Shown piece by piece: positions 1 to 10,700 of a DNA stretch of 64,000 nucleotides. The DNA comes from Cyanobacteriota bacterium (lineage in GTDB: Bacteria > Cyanobacteriota > Vampirovibrionia > JBFMGH01). The notes beneath the pieces were generated by a model. That model saw nothing but the letters and a program-made list of their open reading frames with translations. It searched no databases and had not been told where the DNA came from. The translations under genes and the position numbers were made by a program. How positions within the stretch are numbered: position 1 is the first letter of the stretch; each line of letters opens with the position of its first letter. Location of the stretch: positions 37,978 through 101,977 of the forward strand of contig JBFMGH010000264.1 of NCBI GenBank assembly GCA_040752795.1, written 5' to 3'.

Positions 1-1128
1 CCAAGTAAATTTGGTGAAAAAGTTGTAATGCGTATTCTAGATAAATCAAATATTTCTCTTGGTTTAGATCAGTTGATTACGCATGAACCTACTCTTAAAT
101 CAGTTAGAGAAGTTGTAAACCAGCCGTTCGGTATTATATTTGTAACAGGGCCTACAGGTAGTGGAAAAACAACTACATTATATAGCGCCTTGAGTGAAAG
201 AAATACTCCTGATGTTAATATATCTACTGCTGAAGATCCGATTGAGTATGATTTACCTGGTATTACTCAGTCAGAAGTTAATAAAATAATTGGTTTAGAT
301 TTTGCAAGAATATTAAGAGCATTCTTGCGTCAAGACCCGGATATCATGCTTGTTGGAGAAACAAGGGATAAAGAAACGGCTAAAATTGCTGTTGAAGCTG
401 CTCTTACTGGTCACCTTGTTTTCACTACACTTCACACTAATGATGCACCAGGTGCTATTATGCGTCTGAGTGAAATGGATGTTGAATCTTTCTTAATATC
501 AAGTTCAACCCTTGCAATTCTTGCACAGCGTCTTTTAAGAAGAATATGTTCTAACTGTAAAGAACAATATGAACCAGATGACCATGTATTAAAATACTTA
601 AGTATTGACAAGCTTGGCCATAAGGTTTTTTATAGAGGTAAGGGATGTGATACATGTAGTGACACTGGGTATAAGGGCAGGGTTGGTGTTTATGAATTTA
701 TGCGTATCAATGACCATTTAAGAGACTTGATAGCTAAAGGTTCTAACACTGCAATTATACGGCATGCTGCTCAGGAATCAGGTATGATGACACTGCTAGA
801 GTATAGCTTATGGTTGGCCAAAGAAGGCCATACCACCCTGGATGAAGTTATCAGAGTTACATTTACTGGTGAAGGTCAGGCTTCAATGTGTCCAAATTGT
901 GCTAAGCCTGTTGGAGAAGAATACTATAAATGCCCATTCTGTCAGCATGAGCTTAAACAAACCTGTCCAAGATGTAGTGCACTTATTCAAGAAGGCTGGA
1001 CAAACTGTGCTAAATGTGGCTTGAAAGTTATAAACTTTAATTATGACCAGGATTGTAATCATTGTGGTGGTGAAATATCATTAGAAATGACTGAATGCCC
1101 CTGGTGTTTTTCAAAAATTGAGTCATAA
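1..1128 (+). CDS. pilB: Type IV pilus assembly ATPase PilB/GspE family, C-terminal portion (5' end lies outside the window). It carries an extra ~85-aa C-terminal tail with multiple CxxC zinc-ribbon motifs
   Basis: Frame 1 is open from position 1. Walker A GPTGSGKTTT, the Asp box and His box (TLHTND) of secretion ATPases are present, plus the canonical tetracysteine CSNC...CDTC. After the usual C-terminus (LDEVIRVT) there are about 6 further CxxC pairs. pilT and pilC follow. Confidence 0.85.
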   Translation, partial: PSKFGEKVVMRILDKSNISLGLDQLITHEPTLKSVREVVNQPFGIIFVTGPTGSGKTTTLYSALSERNTPDVNISTAEDPIEYDLPGITQSEVNKIIGLDFARILRAFLRQDPDIMLVGETRDKETAKIAVEAALTGHLVFTTLHTNDAPGAIMRLSEMDVESFLISSSTLAILAQRLLRRICSNCKEQYEPDDHVLKYLSIDKLGHKVFYRGKGCDTCSDTGYKGRVGVYEFMRINDHLRDLIAKGSNTAIIRHAAQESGMMTLLEYSLWLAKEGHTTLDEVIRVTFTGEGQASMCPNCAKPVGEEYYKCPFCQHELKQTCPRCSALIQEGWTNCAKCGLKVINFNYDQDCNHCGGEISLEMTECPWCFSKIES

Positions 1129-1173
1129 TATAATATATGAGTAAATTTTGTAATAAAGAGTAGGAGTAAATGG

Positions 1174-2256
1174 ATGTTTCTAGAAGAATTGCTACAGTTG
1201 GTATTTGATAGGAATGCGTCAGACTTACATATTTCTATGGGTTTGCCTCCTGTTATTAGAGTTGATGGTAAACTTGTAAGGACAGATTATCCTCCATTAA
1301 CGAAAGAGGATACACAAAGACTTATATTTAGTATGTTAACAAATGAACAGAGAAGAGTATTGGAACAAAACTGGGAATTAGACTGTTCTTACGGAGTATC
1401 GGGACTTGGACGTTTTAGGGTAAACGTATATAAAGATCGTGGTAATTATGCAGCTGCTTTACGTTCTATTTCGACCAATGTTCCTACATTTGATCAATTG
1501 GGATTGCCTGTTATAGTTAAGGAAATTGCTGAAAGGCCTAGAGGCCTAGTGTTGGTAACAGGGCCTACAGGTTCTGGTAAGTCTACAACACTTGCAGCTA
1601 TGGTTGATCACATTAATTCTACAAGAGCAGAGCACATACTAACAATTGAAGACCCTATAGAGTTTGTTCATACATCTAAAAGAAGTGTAGTTCACCAGAG
1701 AGAATTAGGCCAGGATACCAGAAGTTTTAACAATGCTTTAAGAGCAGCTCTCAGGGAAGATCCAGATGTTATACTGGTAGGTGAGATGAGGGACCTTGAA
1801 ACCATTTCTCTTGCACTAACAGCTTCTGAAACAGGTCACTTAGTGTTTGGCACCCTTCACACTTCATCGGCTTCTTCAACTGTTGATCGTATTGTAGACG
1901 TATTTGAGTCTTCTCAGCAGCAACAGATACGTATTCAGTTATCAAACTCTTTAGTAGCTGTATTCAGTCAAACTCTTTTACCCAAGTTATCACCAGATGG
2001 AACTAAAGATGGTCGTATTATGGCTCAAGAAATAATGATTGTTACACCTGCTATATCTAACCTCGTTAGAGAAGGTAAAACAGCACAAATATACTCAGCC
2101 ATACAAACTGGTGGTAATTACAAAATGCAAACTCTTGAAATGGCACTTAGAGAGTTGTATGTTCAAAACTTAATAACTTACGAAGATGCAATGAGCAAAA
2201 CAAGTAGGCCTGACGATCTAAAACGGATGATAGGTTCTGCTATGGCAGGTGTATAG
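1174..2256 (+). CDS. pilT: Twitching motility ATPase PilT (pilus retraction)
   Basis: 360 aa. N-terminus ASDLHIS, Walker A GPTGSGKSTT and a PilT-family His box are present. An AGGAG-like RBS (taggagt) sits upstream. The gene lies between pilB and pilC. Confidence 0.9.
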   Translation: MFLEELLQLVFDRNASDLHISMGLPPVIRVDGKLVRTDYPPLTKEDTQRLIFSMLTNEQRRVLEQNWELDCSYGVSGLGRFRVNVYKDRGNYAAALRSISTNVPTFDQLGLPVIVKEIAERPRGLVLVTGPTGSGKSTTLAAMVDHINSTRAEHILTIEDPIEFVHTSKRSVVHQRELGQDTRSFNNALRAALREDPDVILVGEMRDLETISLALTASETGHLVFGTLHTSSASSTVDRIVDVFESSQQQQIRIQLSNSLVAVFSQTLLPKLSPDGTKDGRIMAQEIMIVTPAISNLVREGKTAQIYSAIQTGGNYKMQTLEMALRELYVQNLITYEDAMSKTSRPDDLKRMIGSAMAGV

Positions 2257-2282
2257 TTTTTATGAGAGGAACGAATTTATAA

Positions 2283-3521
2283 ATGCCTCAATTTAAATAT
2301 AAAGCCAGGGATGAAAATGGTAAACTAGTTGAAAATGTTGCGATATCAGATAGTATAACTGATTTAAGACAACAACTAAAAGATAAAGGGTTATATCTTG
2401 TTGAAGCTGAAGACTCTGAAAAAGGTGGATCATCAAGTTTACTTAACCTTGATCTTAATGAAATGCTTGGCAAATATGCAAAAGTTAAACTAAAAGATAT
2501 GGTTATCTTTAATAGACAGTTTTCTGCACTTATTAATGCTGGTGTTGCTATGATGAGAGCTTTAACTCTGATGGCTGATCAGTCTGAAAACCCTAAAATG
2601 CGGATGATACTTAACAAGGTTAAAAGTGATGTTGAGCAGGGTGTATCATTATCTGACGCTTTTGCAAGACACCCGGAAACTTTTGATCAGTTATATGTCA
2701 GTATGATAAGGGCTGGTGAAACTGGCGGTGTTCTTGATGAAGTACTTAATAGAATAGCACAATTTATGGAAAATAGAGCACGGTTGATTGGACAGGTTAA
2801 ATCAGCTATGGCTTACCCTGCTATTGTTACTATTCTGGCTCTCATTATATTTTTTGTTATGTTGACTTTTGTTTTGCCTAAATTTTCTCAATTATTTGGT
2901 CGTTTAGGTGGTGAATTACCTGCGTATACACAGTTTCTTATTAATATAAGTGAATTTTTAAGGTCTGCGTGGTTAATTGTTATAATTCTAGCTGTAATAG
3001 GTCTGGTATTCTTGTTTAAGCAAATCTATGCAACTGATACAGGCAGGTATTATATTGATAAGATATCTTTGAAAGTGCCTGTTTTTGGAGATTTATTTAA
3101 GAAAGTAGCTGTTGCTAGATTTACCAGAACCTTTGGTACGTTGGTACGTAGTGGCGTTCCTATTCTTAGTTCGCTTGAAATTGTAGAAGAATCTGCTGGC
3201 AATGCTGTTTTAGCTAGAGTAGTTGCTGAAGTTAGAGATGAAGTAAGCCAGGGTGGTAGAATTAGTGATCCTCTTGATAGATCACCTCTTTTCCCTCCGA
3301 TGGTTGTTTCTATGATTGCTATAGGTGAAGAAACCGGTGAACTTGATGCGATGCTTTCTAAAATCGCAGATTTTTACGACATGGAGGTTGAAGGAGCCGT
3401 CAATGCTTTGACTTCTTTGCTTGAACCTCTTATGATTGTTGTTTTGGGAGGTATGGTTGGTGCTGTTATTGTGGGTATGTACCTGCCATTGTTCAAAATA
3501 TTTGATAAGATCGGTGCTTAG
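2283..3521 (+). CDS. pilC: Type IV pilus inner-membrane platform protein PilC (GspF family)
   Basis: 412 aa with duplicated GspF-like cytoplasmic domains and 3 TM segments, typical PilC architecture. It follows pilT directly. Confidence 0.9.
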   Translation: MPQFKYKARDENGKLVENVAISDSITDLRQQLKDKGLYLVEAEDSEKGGSSSLLNLDLNEMLGKYAKVKLKDMVIFNRQFSALINAGVAMMRALTLMADQSENPKMRMILNKVKSDVEQGVSLSDAFARHPETFDQLYVSMIRAGETGGVLDEVLNRIAQFMENRARLIGQVKSAMAYPAIVTILALIIFFVMLTFVLPKFSQLFGRLGGELPAYTQFLINISEFLRSAWLIVIILAVIGLVFLFKQIYATDTGRYYIDKISLKVPVFGDLFKKVAVARFTRTFGTLVRSGVPILSSLEIVEESAGNAVLARVVAEVRDEVSQGGRISDPLDRSPLFPPMVVSMIAIGEETGELDAMLSKIADFYDMEVEGAVNALTSLLEPLMIVVLGGMVGAVIVGMYLPLFKIFDKIGA

Positions 3522-3532
3522 AGGAGAAATTG

Positions 3533-3811
3533 ATGACTTTACAAACTTGTGGTCTCAGTAGACGTCAGCTGGAGACTATGTATAAAACTACTTATGAAAA
3601 AATGAAATTTGAAATAATTAGAGAGTATGGTAATGCACTCATATTACAGGGTAGGGCAAGAGATGTTGGCTCTCTTAGTGATGTTGAAAGAGATATGGAA
3701 GCTATGTGTGATGCTTATGCCAAATCTTTAATGAATATAACATCAAGAGTTATTGAAGCCAATAATAAAAAACTCTTAGAGGATTTTGAATCTATGAAAA
3801 AATCTCCTTAA
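3533..3811 (+). CDS. Small hypothetical protein (92 aa) co-transcribed at the end of the pil operon
   Basis: The ORF has a GAGGAG RBS 6 nt upstream of its ATG and lies 9 bp after the pilC stop. It is followed by a terminator hairpin. I see no recognisable motif. Confidence 0.4.
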   Translation: MTLQTCGLSRRQLETMYKTTYEKMKFEIIREYGNALILQGRARDVGSLSDVERDMEAMCDAYAKSLMNITSRVIEANNKKLLEDFESMKKSP

Positions 3812-3833
3812 AAGTGAAAGGGAGATTTTTTTG
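3801..3833. terminator. Rho-independent terminator hairpin (aatctcctt/aaggagatt) followed by a T-run. It is shared between the convergent pil operon and purH
   Basis: An inverted repeat AATCTCCTT-loop-AAGGGAGATT is followed by TTTTTTTG on the plus strand and by an A/T-rich run on the minus strand. It sits between the stop of ORF 3533..3811 and the purH stop. Confidence 0.5.
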
Positions 3834-3844
3834 TATTTTTTTAT

Positions 3845-5392
3845 TTAATGTTTAAAATGTCTTATTCCTGTAAATACCATAGATAGATTGTATTTATCAG
3901 CTGTAGCAATAACTTCTTTATCTTTAATACTGCCACCTGGTTGTATTATTGAACTTATTTTTGCTTGTACAGCGGCCTGAATATTGTCAATTGCAGGAAT
4001 AAAACCATCACTTGCTACTACAGCATCCTTTGCTTCATCACATGCTTGTCTTAGTGCTATTTCCATAGAACCTATACGGCTTGTCTGGCCACAGCCAATG
4101 CCCAGTGTTTGACCATTTTTTGCTACAACTATTGCATTAGAGTTGATGTGTTTTACTACTTTCCAGGCAAAAAGTAAATCGTCAAGCTCTGCTTCAGAAG
4201 GCTTTTTCTTTGTTACTATGTTAAAGTCTTTTTGGGTGATCATTTTATTGTCAGCATTTTGAATTAAAACCCCTCCGGCAATTTGTTTTATTATATGGTT
4301 ACTTATGAGATTTACTTCTTCAGGTACTTCGATTAGCCTTAGATTTTTCTTTTTATTAAATATCAGACGTGCTTCATCTGAAAACTTGTTAGCTACTATT
4401 ACTTCTAAAAAGACACTAGTCATAATATCAGCTAAATCAGCGTCTATTAAACCATTAATACCTACTATGCCACCAAAAGAACTTATAGGATCAGCACTAA
4501 GGGCTTTTTTGAATGCTTCAAGATGTGTTTTACCTATGGCTACTCCGCATGGATTACAGTGTTTTATTATACATGCTGCAGGTATGTTGTTAAATTCATC
4601 AATTACTTTAAGCGCTGATGTTACATCGATTAAATTATTGTAAGATAATTCTTTCCCTTGAAGAACTTCGAATGCCAATTCATCTTTAGGTGCATCAGAA
4701 TAATTGTATAATCCTGCTGATTGATGAGGGTTCTCTCCATATCTTAGATCATCCACTTTTGTTAGTTCAATCTTAAATGATTCAGGAGTATATGCTAGAT
4801 CAAATCTATTTAATAATGTTTGATAGACGATATTATCATAAGTATGTGTGTGCTCAAATGCTTTAGCAGCAAGTTTTTTACGAAATTTCATGCTTGTTTT
4901 TCCGTCGTTTTTGTCCATATCTTCTAATAATTCTTCATAGTCTTCATTAGAACATACTACTGTAACGTGATGATAATTTTTAGCAGCGCTTCTTATTAGG
5001 GCTGCTCCGCCTATATCAATATTTTCAATTAGTCTGTCAAGAGTTGAATTTTTAATGCTGGCTACTTCTCTAAATGGATATAGATTAACAATTACAAGAT
5101 CAATTGGTTGGATATTATGTTCTTTTAGTGTTTTCATATGTTCTTTATTGCTTCTATCTGCAAGAATAGCACCGTGTATTTTAGGGTGAAGTGTTTTTAC
5201 CCTGCCATCAAGCATTTCAGGGTAATCTGTAAGGGTGCTTATCTTTTCACAATTTATCCCAGCAGATTTTAATGTTTCTCTGCTTCCTCCTGTAGATATT
5301 ATTTCGAAATTAAAATTATTTATTAGACTTTTTGCTAATTCAACAATTCCATCTTTGTTGAAAACACTTATTAATGCTCTTTTTTTGTTCAT
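3845..5392 (-). CDS. purH: Bifunctional AICAR transformylase / IMP cyclohydrolase
   Basis: 515 aa. The N-terminal MGS-like domain (ALISVFNKDGIVELAKSL, ISTGGS) and the C-terminal AICARFT domain are the standard length and motifs for PurH. Confidence 0.93.
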   Translation of the reverse strand: MNKKRALISVFNKDGIVELAKSLINNFNFEIISTGGSRETLKSAGINCEKISTLTDYPEMLDGRVKTLHPKIHGAILADRSNKEHMKTLKEHNIQPIDLVIVNLYPFREVASIKNSTLDRLIENIDIGGAALIRSAAKNYHHVTVVCSNEDYEELLEDMDKNDGKTSMKFRKKLAAKAFEHTHTYDNIVYQTLLNRFDLAYTPESFKIELTKVDDLRYGENPHQSAGLYNYSDAPKDELAFEVLQGKELSYNNLIDVTSALKVIDEFNNIPAACIIKHCNPCGVAIGKTHLEAFKKALSADPISSFGGIVGINGLIDADLADIMTSVFLEVIVANKFSDEARLIFNKKKNLRLIEVPEEVNLISNHIIKQIAGGVLIQNADNKMITQKDFNIVTKKKPSEAELDDLLFAWKVVKHINSNAIVVAKNGQTLGIGCGQTSRIGSMEIALRQACDEAKDAVVASDGFIPAIDNIQAAVQAKISSIIQPGGSIKDKEVIATADKYNLSMVFTGIRHFKH

Positions 5393-5620
5393 AATAGATT
5401 CCTTAATAAATTAATTTGAATTAGTATATATCAAAGTTATTTCATAATGTATTAAAAACTATTTAGAAAAGTTACGAGGTGTCTAATCCTTGAAGATTTG
5501 TGTAAATTAAATGATCTTTATTTACCTGATAGTATGAAAATGTCTATGCATTTAATTAAATTAGTTTTTCTATTATAATATATATAGATGAATTATGAAT
5601 GGGTAAGGGCTTGTTAACCG

Positions 5621-6601
5621 GTGATTCCTGTACTAGTAAAAGAATTAGAAGGACTTGAGCAGCTTCCGTTTGATTTATACAATAAAAATGGCCGCTTGAT
5701 TTTTCGTTCAGGTGAAGTTCTGTCAGCTGGTAAAGTGTTGCAGCTTAGGTATATTGATGTTTTTAGAAAAACTGATGATGAAATACCGGTAGAGAAAAAA
5801 CCTGTTGAAGCTGTTCCTCCAAGTATAGATTGGGAAACTAAAGAAGAAACAAGACCTACCAAGGCGATTCTTTTTGATTCTCCACGAATTCATGAAATTA
5901 ATCCTGATTCTATTATTGACCCTCAATTACAGGTATCAATTAAAACTTCTGTGCATACACTTATTGATACTATGACAAGTAAAGAAATTCCAGACCCTGT
6001 TGTGTATAATGCAGCTAGAGATGAAATAGTTAACGAAGTGTTGGGTAGTGTTGATAAAGTTCATCACTTAAATCAGCTGAGGGTTTTTGATGATTATGAT
6101 TATTCTCACGCAGTTAACGTTTCTGTTTTAGCTGTTATGTTAGGATATAAATTGGGAATGACTGGTACTGGTTTGCGAACTCTCGCACTGGGATCCTTAT
6201 TGCATGATATTGGTAAAACGAGAATACCGAAGCAGATTTTGCATAAACCCGGTGCTCTGACTCCTAAAGAATATGAAATAGTTAAACTTCATGCCCCCTT
6301 AGGTTACAAAATAATAAAAGATGAATTAGGCTTGACTGAAGATATAGCAAGAATAGCATTGGAACATCAAGAAAAATTTGATGGAACTGGCTATCCTAAA
6401 GGGCTTTCTGGAGATTCTATTGATTCTATGGCCCATGTTGTTAGTGTTTGTGACGTTTATGATGCTTTGGTCTCAACAAAGGTATATTCAAACCCAAAAC
6501 CATCTCAAGATGCTTTGAAAATTATGTTAAACTATGGTAGTAGCTGGTTTAATCCATCAGTTTTATATAAATTTACTCATATGACTTCATTTAAGGAATA
6601 G
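5621..6601 (+). CDS. HD-GYP domain c-di-GMP phosphodiesterase, paralog 1 (GTG start)
   Basis: HD motif LLHDIGKTRIP and GYP motif DGTGYPKGL are present. The N-terminal ~50 aa domain is shared with the downstream paralog. Confidence 0.85.
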   Translation: MIPVLVKELEGLEQLPFDLYNKNGRLIFRSGEVLSAGKVLQLRYIDVFRKTDDEIPVEKKPVEAVPPSIDWETKEETRPTKAILFDSPRIHEINPDSIIDPQLQVSIKTSVHTLIDTMTSKEIPDPVVYNAARDEIVNEVLGSVDKVHHLNQLRVFDDYDYSHAVNVSVLAVMLGYKLGMTGTGLRTLALGSLLHDIGKTRIPKQILHKPGALTPKEYEIVKLHAPLGYKIIKDELGLTEDIARIALEHQEKFDGTGYPKGLSGDSIDSMAHVVSVCDVYDALVSTKVYSNPKPSQDALKIMLNYGSSWFNPSVLYKFTHMTSFKE

Positions 6602-6623
6602 TTTTATATAAAGGTGTAGTGCC

Positions 6624-7586
6624 TTGATCAGGGTTAATGTAAAAGAGCTGGAAGGAAAAAAGGTTTTAGAATATGACCTTTATACGGATAAAGGAAAACT
6701 TATCTGTCCTAGAGGTACACAATTAACTCCTGGTAAAATTCTTCAACTTAGCTATACAAAATTATTTAGACAGATTGAAGAGAATGTTCCTCAGCCTGAA
6801 CCAGAAAAAATTGAGCCTAAACCTGTTCATGTTGCTGTTGTAAAAGAACCAAGAAGCACTGAAATACTTGAAGAACCAGCTGACTGGGATTCTGTAATTG
6901 ATAAAAATGTTAAGGTGACTGTTCTGAAGTCTACCAGAGAATTTCTCTCTGATATAGAAGAAGGGAAATCTCCTGATGTAGCTATGTGTGAGGTCGTTAG
7001 AGATAAGCTGGTAGCAGAAGTAGCTGAAAAAGTTGAACAGGTCGATTATCTGGGTCAATTGAGGATGTTTGATGAGTATACTTATTCTCATAATGTTAAT
7101 GTTTCAGCATTAAGTGTTGCATTGGCGATGAAAATAGGAATGAAACAGAATGATATAAAAGATCTAGCATTAGCAACACTACTTCACGATATTGGTAAGA
7201 TGCGTATTCCTAAAGAAGTTCTTAATAAACCAGGTCGGCTTACTGATAAAGAATTTCAGGTAATGAAGTTACATGCTCAGCTTGGATTCCAGGTTATTAA
7301 AGAAGAGCTAAAATTGCCTTATAAGATCTCAAGAGTGGCATTAGAGCATCAGGAAAGATTTTCTGGTTCAGGGTATCCCAGGAATCTTAAAGGTGATGAA
7401 ATAGGTTTATTTTCTCAAATATGCGCTATAGCAGATGTATATGATGCTATATCGTCAAAACGTGTTTATAAGCCTGCCAGAACTTCTAAAGAAACTATTA
7501 AGATTATGTTAAACGAAGGTTCTGCTTCTTTTAATCCTTCTCTGTTATACAAGTTCGTTCATATGTGTAATTATTCTGACGAATAA
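6624..7586 (+). CDS. HD-GYP domain c-di-GMP phosphodiesterase, paralog 2 (TTG start)
   Basis: HD motif LLHDIGKMRIP and GYP motif SGSGYPRNL are present. It is about 50% identical to the upstream paralog, a tandem duplication. Confidence 0.85.
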   Translation: MIRVNVKELEGKKVLEYDLYTDKGKLICPRGTQLTPGKILQLSYTKLFRQIEENVPQPEPEKIEPKPVHVAVVKEPRSTEILEEPADWDSVIDKNVKVTVLKSTREFLSDIEEGKSPDVAMCEVVRDKLVAEVAEKVEQVDYLGQLRMFDEYTYSHNVNVSALSVALAMKIGMKQNDIKDLALATLLHDIGKMRIPKEVLNKPGRLTDKEFQVMKLHAQLGFQVIKEELKLPYKISRVALEHQERFSGSGYPRNLKGDEIGLFSQICAIADVYDAISSKRVYKPARTSKETIKIMLNEGSASFNPSLLYKFVHMCNYSDE

Positions 7587-7707
7587 ATTATGTATATAAA
7601 AACCAGATAATACTAAATAATGTAAAGATTTAACTTTACTACTCTTCACTTTCATAATCATAAGACGATAACGAAAATAGGTAAGTGTGTCCGTTAAGGG
7701 GTCATAA

Positions 7708-10700
7708 TTGAGTTCCGTAAATTATTTCGGAATCAGTAATTCCATCAATGCATGGGGGATTTATAGTCTATTTAAAACAAATAGTCTATCTATTAACAAT
7801 GATTTACAAAAATTAGAAACTTCTATGGCCCTTACTCTTGAAAATGAAGACAGGTATGTTTCTTCACAATCTCCGGTTTTAATGGGGCTTTATAGGGCAA
7901 TTCCTTCAGAGAGGGCAGAGCAACTTCTAAGCGAGGGTTATAGTGATGTTTCAGCTATTGTTAAAGCTGTTTCTGAGTATATGACCTCGATCGAAGATAC
8001 TGCTGTGTACTCTGAACCAACGGCTCAAAATGATAGAACTTTTAATATAAATGATCCTGCACCGAATACCTCTACCTATGATCTTGTTAATTTATACAAT
8101 AATACAGTTAATATTAATACTAATGCTGGTACTGATACAGTAAATCTTGGAGGAACGTATAATACTATTCAGGTCGATGTGGGTTTAGGTGATGATACAG
8201 TAAATGTTGATACTTCCAGTGCAAATGAGTTTACTATTGTCGGTGGCCCCGGTACCAATACAGTCAATATGTCTGGAAATGTAACGGACTATGCATTCCA
8301 GGATAACGGCGACAACACACTTACCATGACGGACACATACTCTGGGGCCACTGTTGTTATTGATACAAACATTGAACTGGTTAATTTTGCTGATGGATCA
8401 ACAATGACTTTTGATGGAACTGATATTACCATCAATTCTGCTGCAACTGGTGAGCAAATGTTAATTGATACAACCAATTCTTCTTATGTCCTAGATATGA
8501 ACAGTGGTGATGATACACTTGTTGTATCTGGTGTTGGTAATACAGTAGATGTTAATGTGAGTGCTGGTAATGATTTTGTTGTTGTTGATGGAACTAACAA
8601 TAATGTAAATATTCAGTTTGAAGATAAACAAGATACTCTCTATGTGGCAACAGGAAATAATAATATTGTTAATGTTGATGGAGGTGACTACACAGATTCT
8701 CTTATCCTTCAGGGTGACGTACTTGATTGGACTTTAGTAGGTAATACATATACACACAATACTACGGGAACAGCTGTAACTGTTAATGACATAGAAAATG
8801 TATATTTTGGACAACTTGTAGATGACCCGGCTGGAAGCTCTTCTAATCTGGATTATACAGCTCTAAATAACAGTGGTAATGTTGTTTATTTAAATGATGG
8901 TAATGACACTGTTGCTCTGGGTGGCACAAATAACTACATTCAACTTGATATGGGTAGTGGAACAAATACTGTTACCATCGATGACACAAATTATAACAAC
9001 TTTGTTCTCGCTGGAGGTAGCGGCACAGATACTATTAGCTTCATTGGTAACGTTGGAGATTATACTTTTCAGACAAATGACGATGGCACACTTACCATAA
9101 AAAATGCCAGTTCATTTGCTACAACCACCATCGACTCTAATATAGAAAACATTCTATTTGCAGATAATTCTTCTTTAGCTTTTAACGGAACAGACTTCTC
9201 TATTAAAACAACTATTAATGCTGATACGGTAAATATTACTGGTTCTAACAATACTGTTTTTATTGATACATACAATGGTGCTGATTCTGTTAGTATTACT
9301 GGAACAAATAACACTGTTAAACTTAATTTAGCTAACGATGACGATAGTGTTTATGTTGGAATTGGTGAAAACAATGATATTACAATAGATGGTGCTCATG
9401 GGGTTGATACACTTACTTTGCAGGGAATGGCTGCTGATTGGACACTTACAGGAACCCTGCCTGGTCAAACATACTATGAGAACATTTATTCTGGAACTAA
9501 AGTTACAATATTAACCAGCATAGATAATGTGCAGTTTGATAATGGTCTTGTAGTTTACGATACTCCCGGTATGGATAGCTTTATTAATGCTCTTGGTTAT
9601 AATGATACCAGTATTAATATAAACACTAATGATGGAGATGATACAGTATCTTTAGATGGAACAAATAATAATGTTACTGTAAACTTTCTGTCTGGAAACG
9701 ATTATGTCCATATTGACGATAGTACGAATAGTACATATTTTATTAATGGAGGCTCTGGAGAGGATACTGTCGTATTAAATGGTGTTATGGCTGATTATAA
9801 TATTGTTAATAATCCTGATGATACCATGACTATTACAAATACTATATCAGGTGCTGCTGTAACACTGGATCCATATCTTGTTGAAAATATAGTTCTTATG
9901 GATGGACCTATTCAGGGTAGAGTTGTTTTACGTGGAACTCCTCTAGATGACACATTCGATTTAACAGCATTCAATAATGAAACTATACAGGTTGATTTGA
10001 TGTCTGGAAATGATTTGTTAACTGTTGGTGGTACAAATAATGATATTGATTTAAATCTTGGTGCAGGTGATGATATTGTTAATATTGATGACTCTAACAG
10101 TAATATTTTCAATGTTAGTGGAGGCCTTGGTAATGATATAATAAATATGGCAGGAGTTTTAGGTGACTATACATTTACCGATAATGGAGATAGTACATTT
10201 ACACTTACTAATGTTATATCTGGTGCAGCTACTACTGTAGATTCGACCGTTGAAACAATAAATCTTGGAGATGGATCTGTATTATCTTATGATGGAAGCA
10301 CAATTACTATAACAGATGCTCCTGGTAGATCGAATACTTTTGATATGACAACTTACAGTAATTCGAGTTTTATTATCAACGCAAATGACCAGGATGATAT
10401 GGTTATTATTGGTGGTCTTAATAATGATATTACTGCTAACTTGAATTCTGGTAATAACACAGTTAATATAGATGACTCAAATATAGGAACGTATACTGTT
10501 AATGGAGGAACCGGAACTGATGTAATTAATATGGCTGGAAATCTATCTGATTACCAGTTTAATGATAATGGAGATAGTACATTTACACTTACTAATGTTA
10601 TATCAGGTGCTACAACTACAATTAATTCGACTGTAGAAACAATTAATTTGAATGATGGAACTGTTATTGGTTATGATGGTTCAACAATAACTATTACGGA

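Noticed and set aside
842-1024. 60-aa plus-strand ORF inside pilB in another frame. Similar short ORFs are embedded in pilC (2288..2473 minus), purH (4305..4643), HD-GYP (5614..5926, 6762..7091) and many other genes.
   Set aside because: They overlap well-supported, motif-bearing genes in alternative or antisense frames. They have no RBS or domain signal and are typical AT-rich spurious ORFs.
5393-5620. Possible purine riboswitch or T-box leader upstream of purH (minus) in the divergent purH/HD-GYP intergenic region.
   Set aside because: No GC-rich conserved riboswitch core (for example the purine-box junction or T-box AGGGUGG) is visible. The region looks like plain AT-rich promoter DNA.
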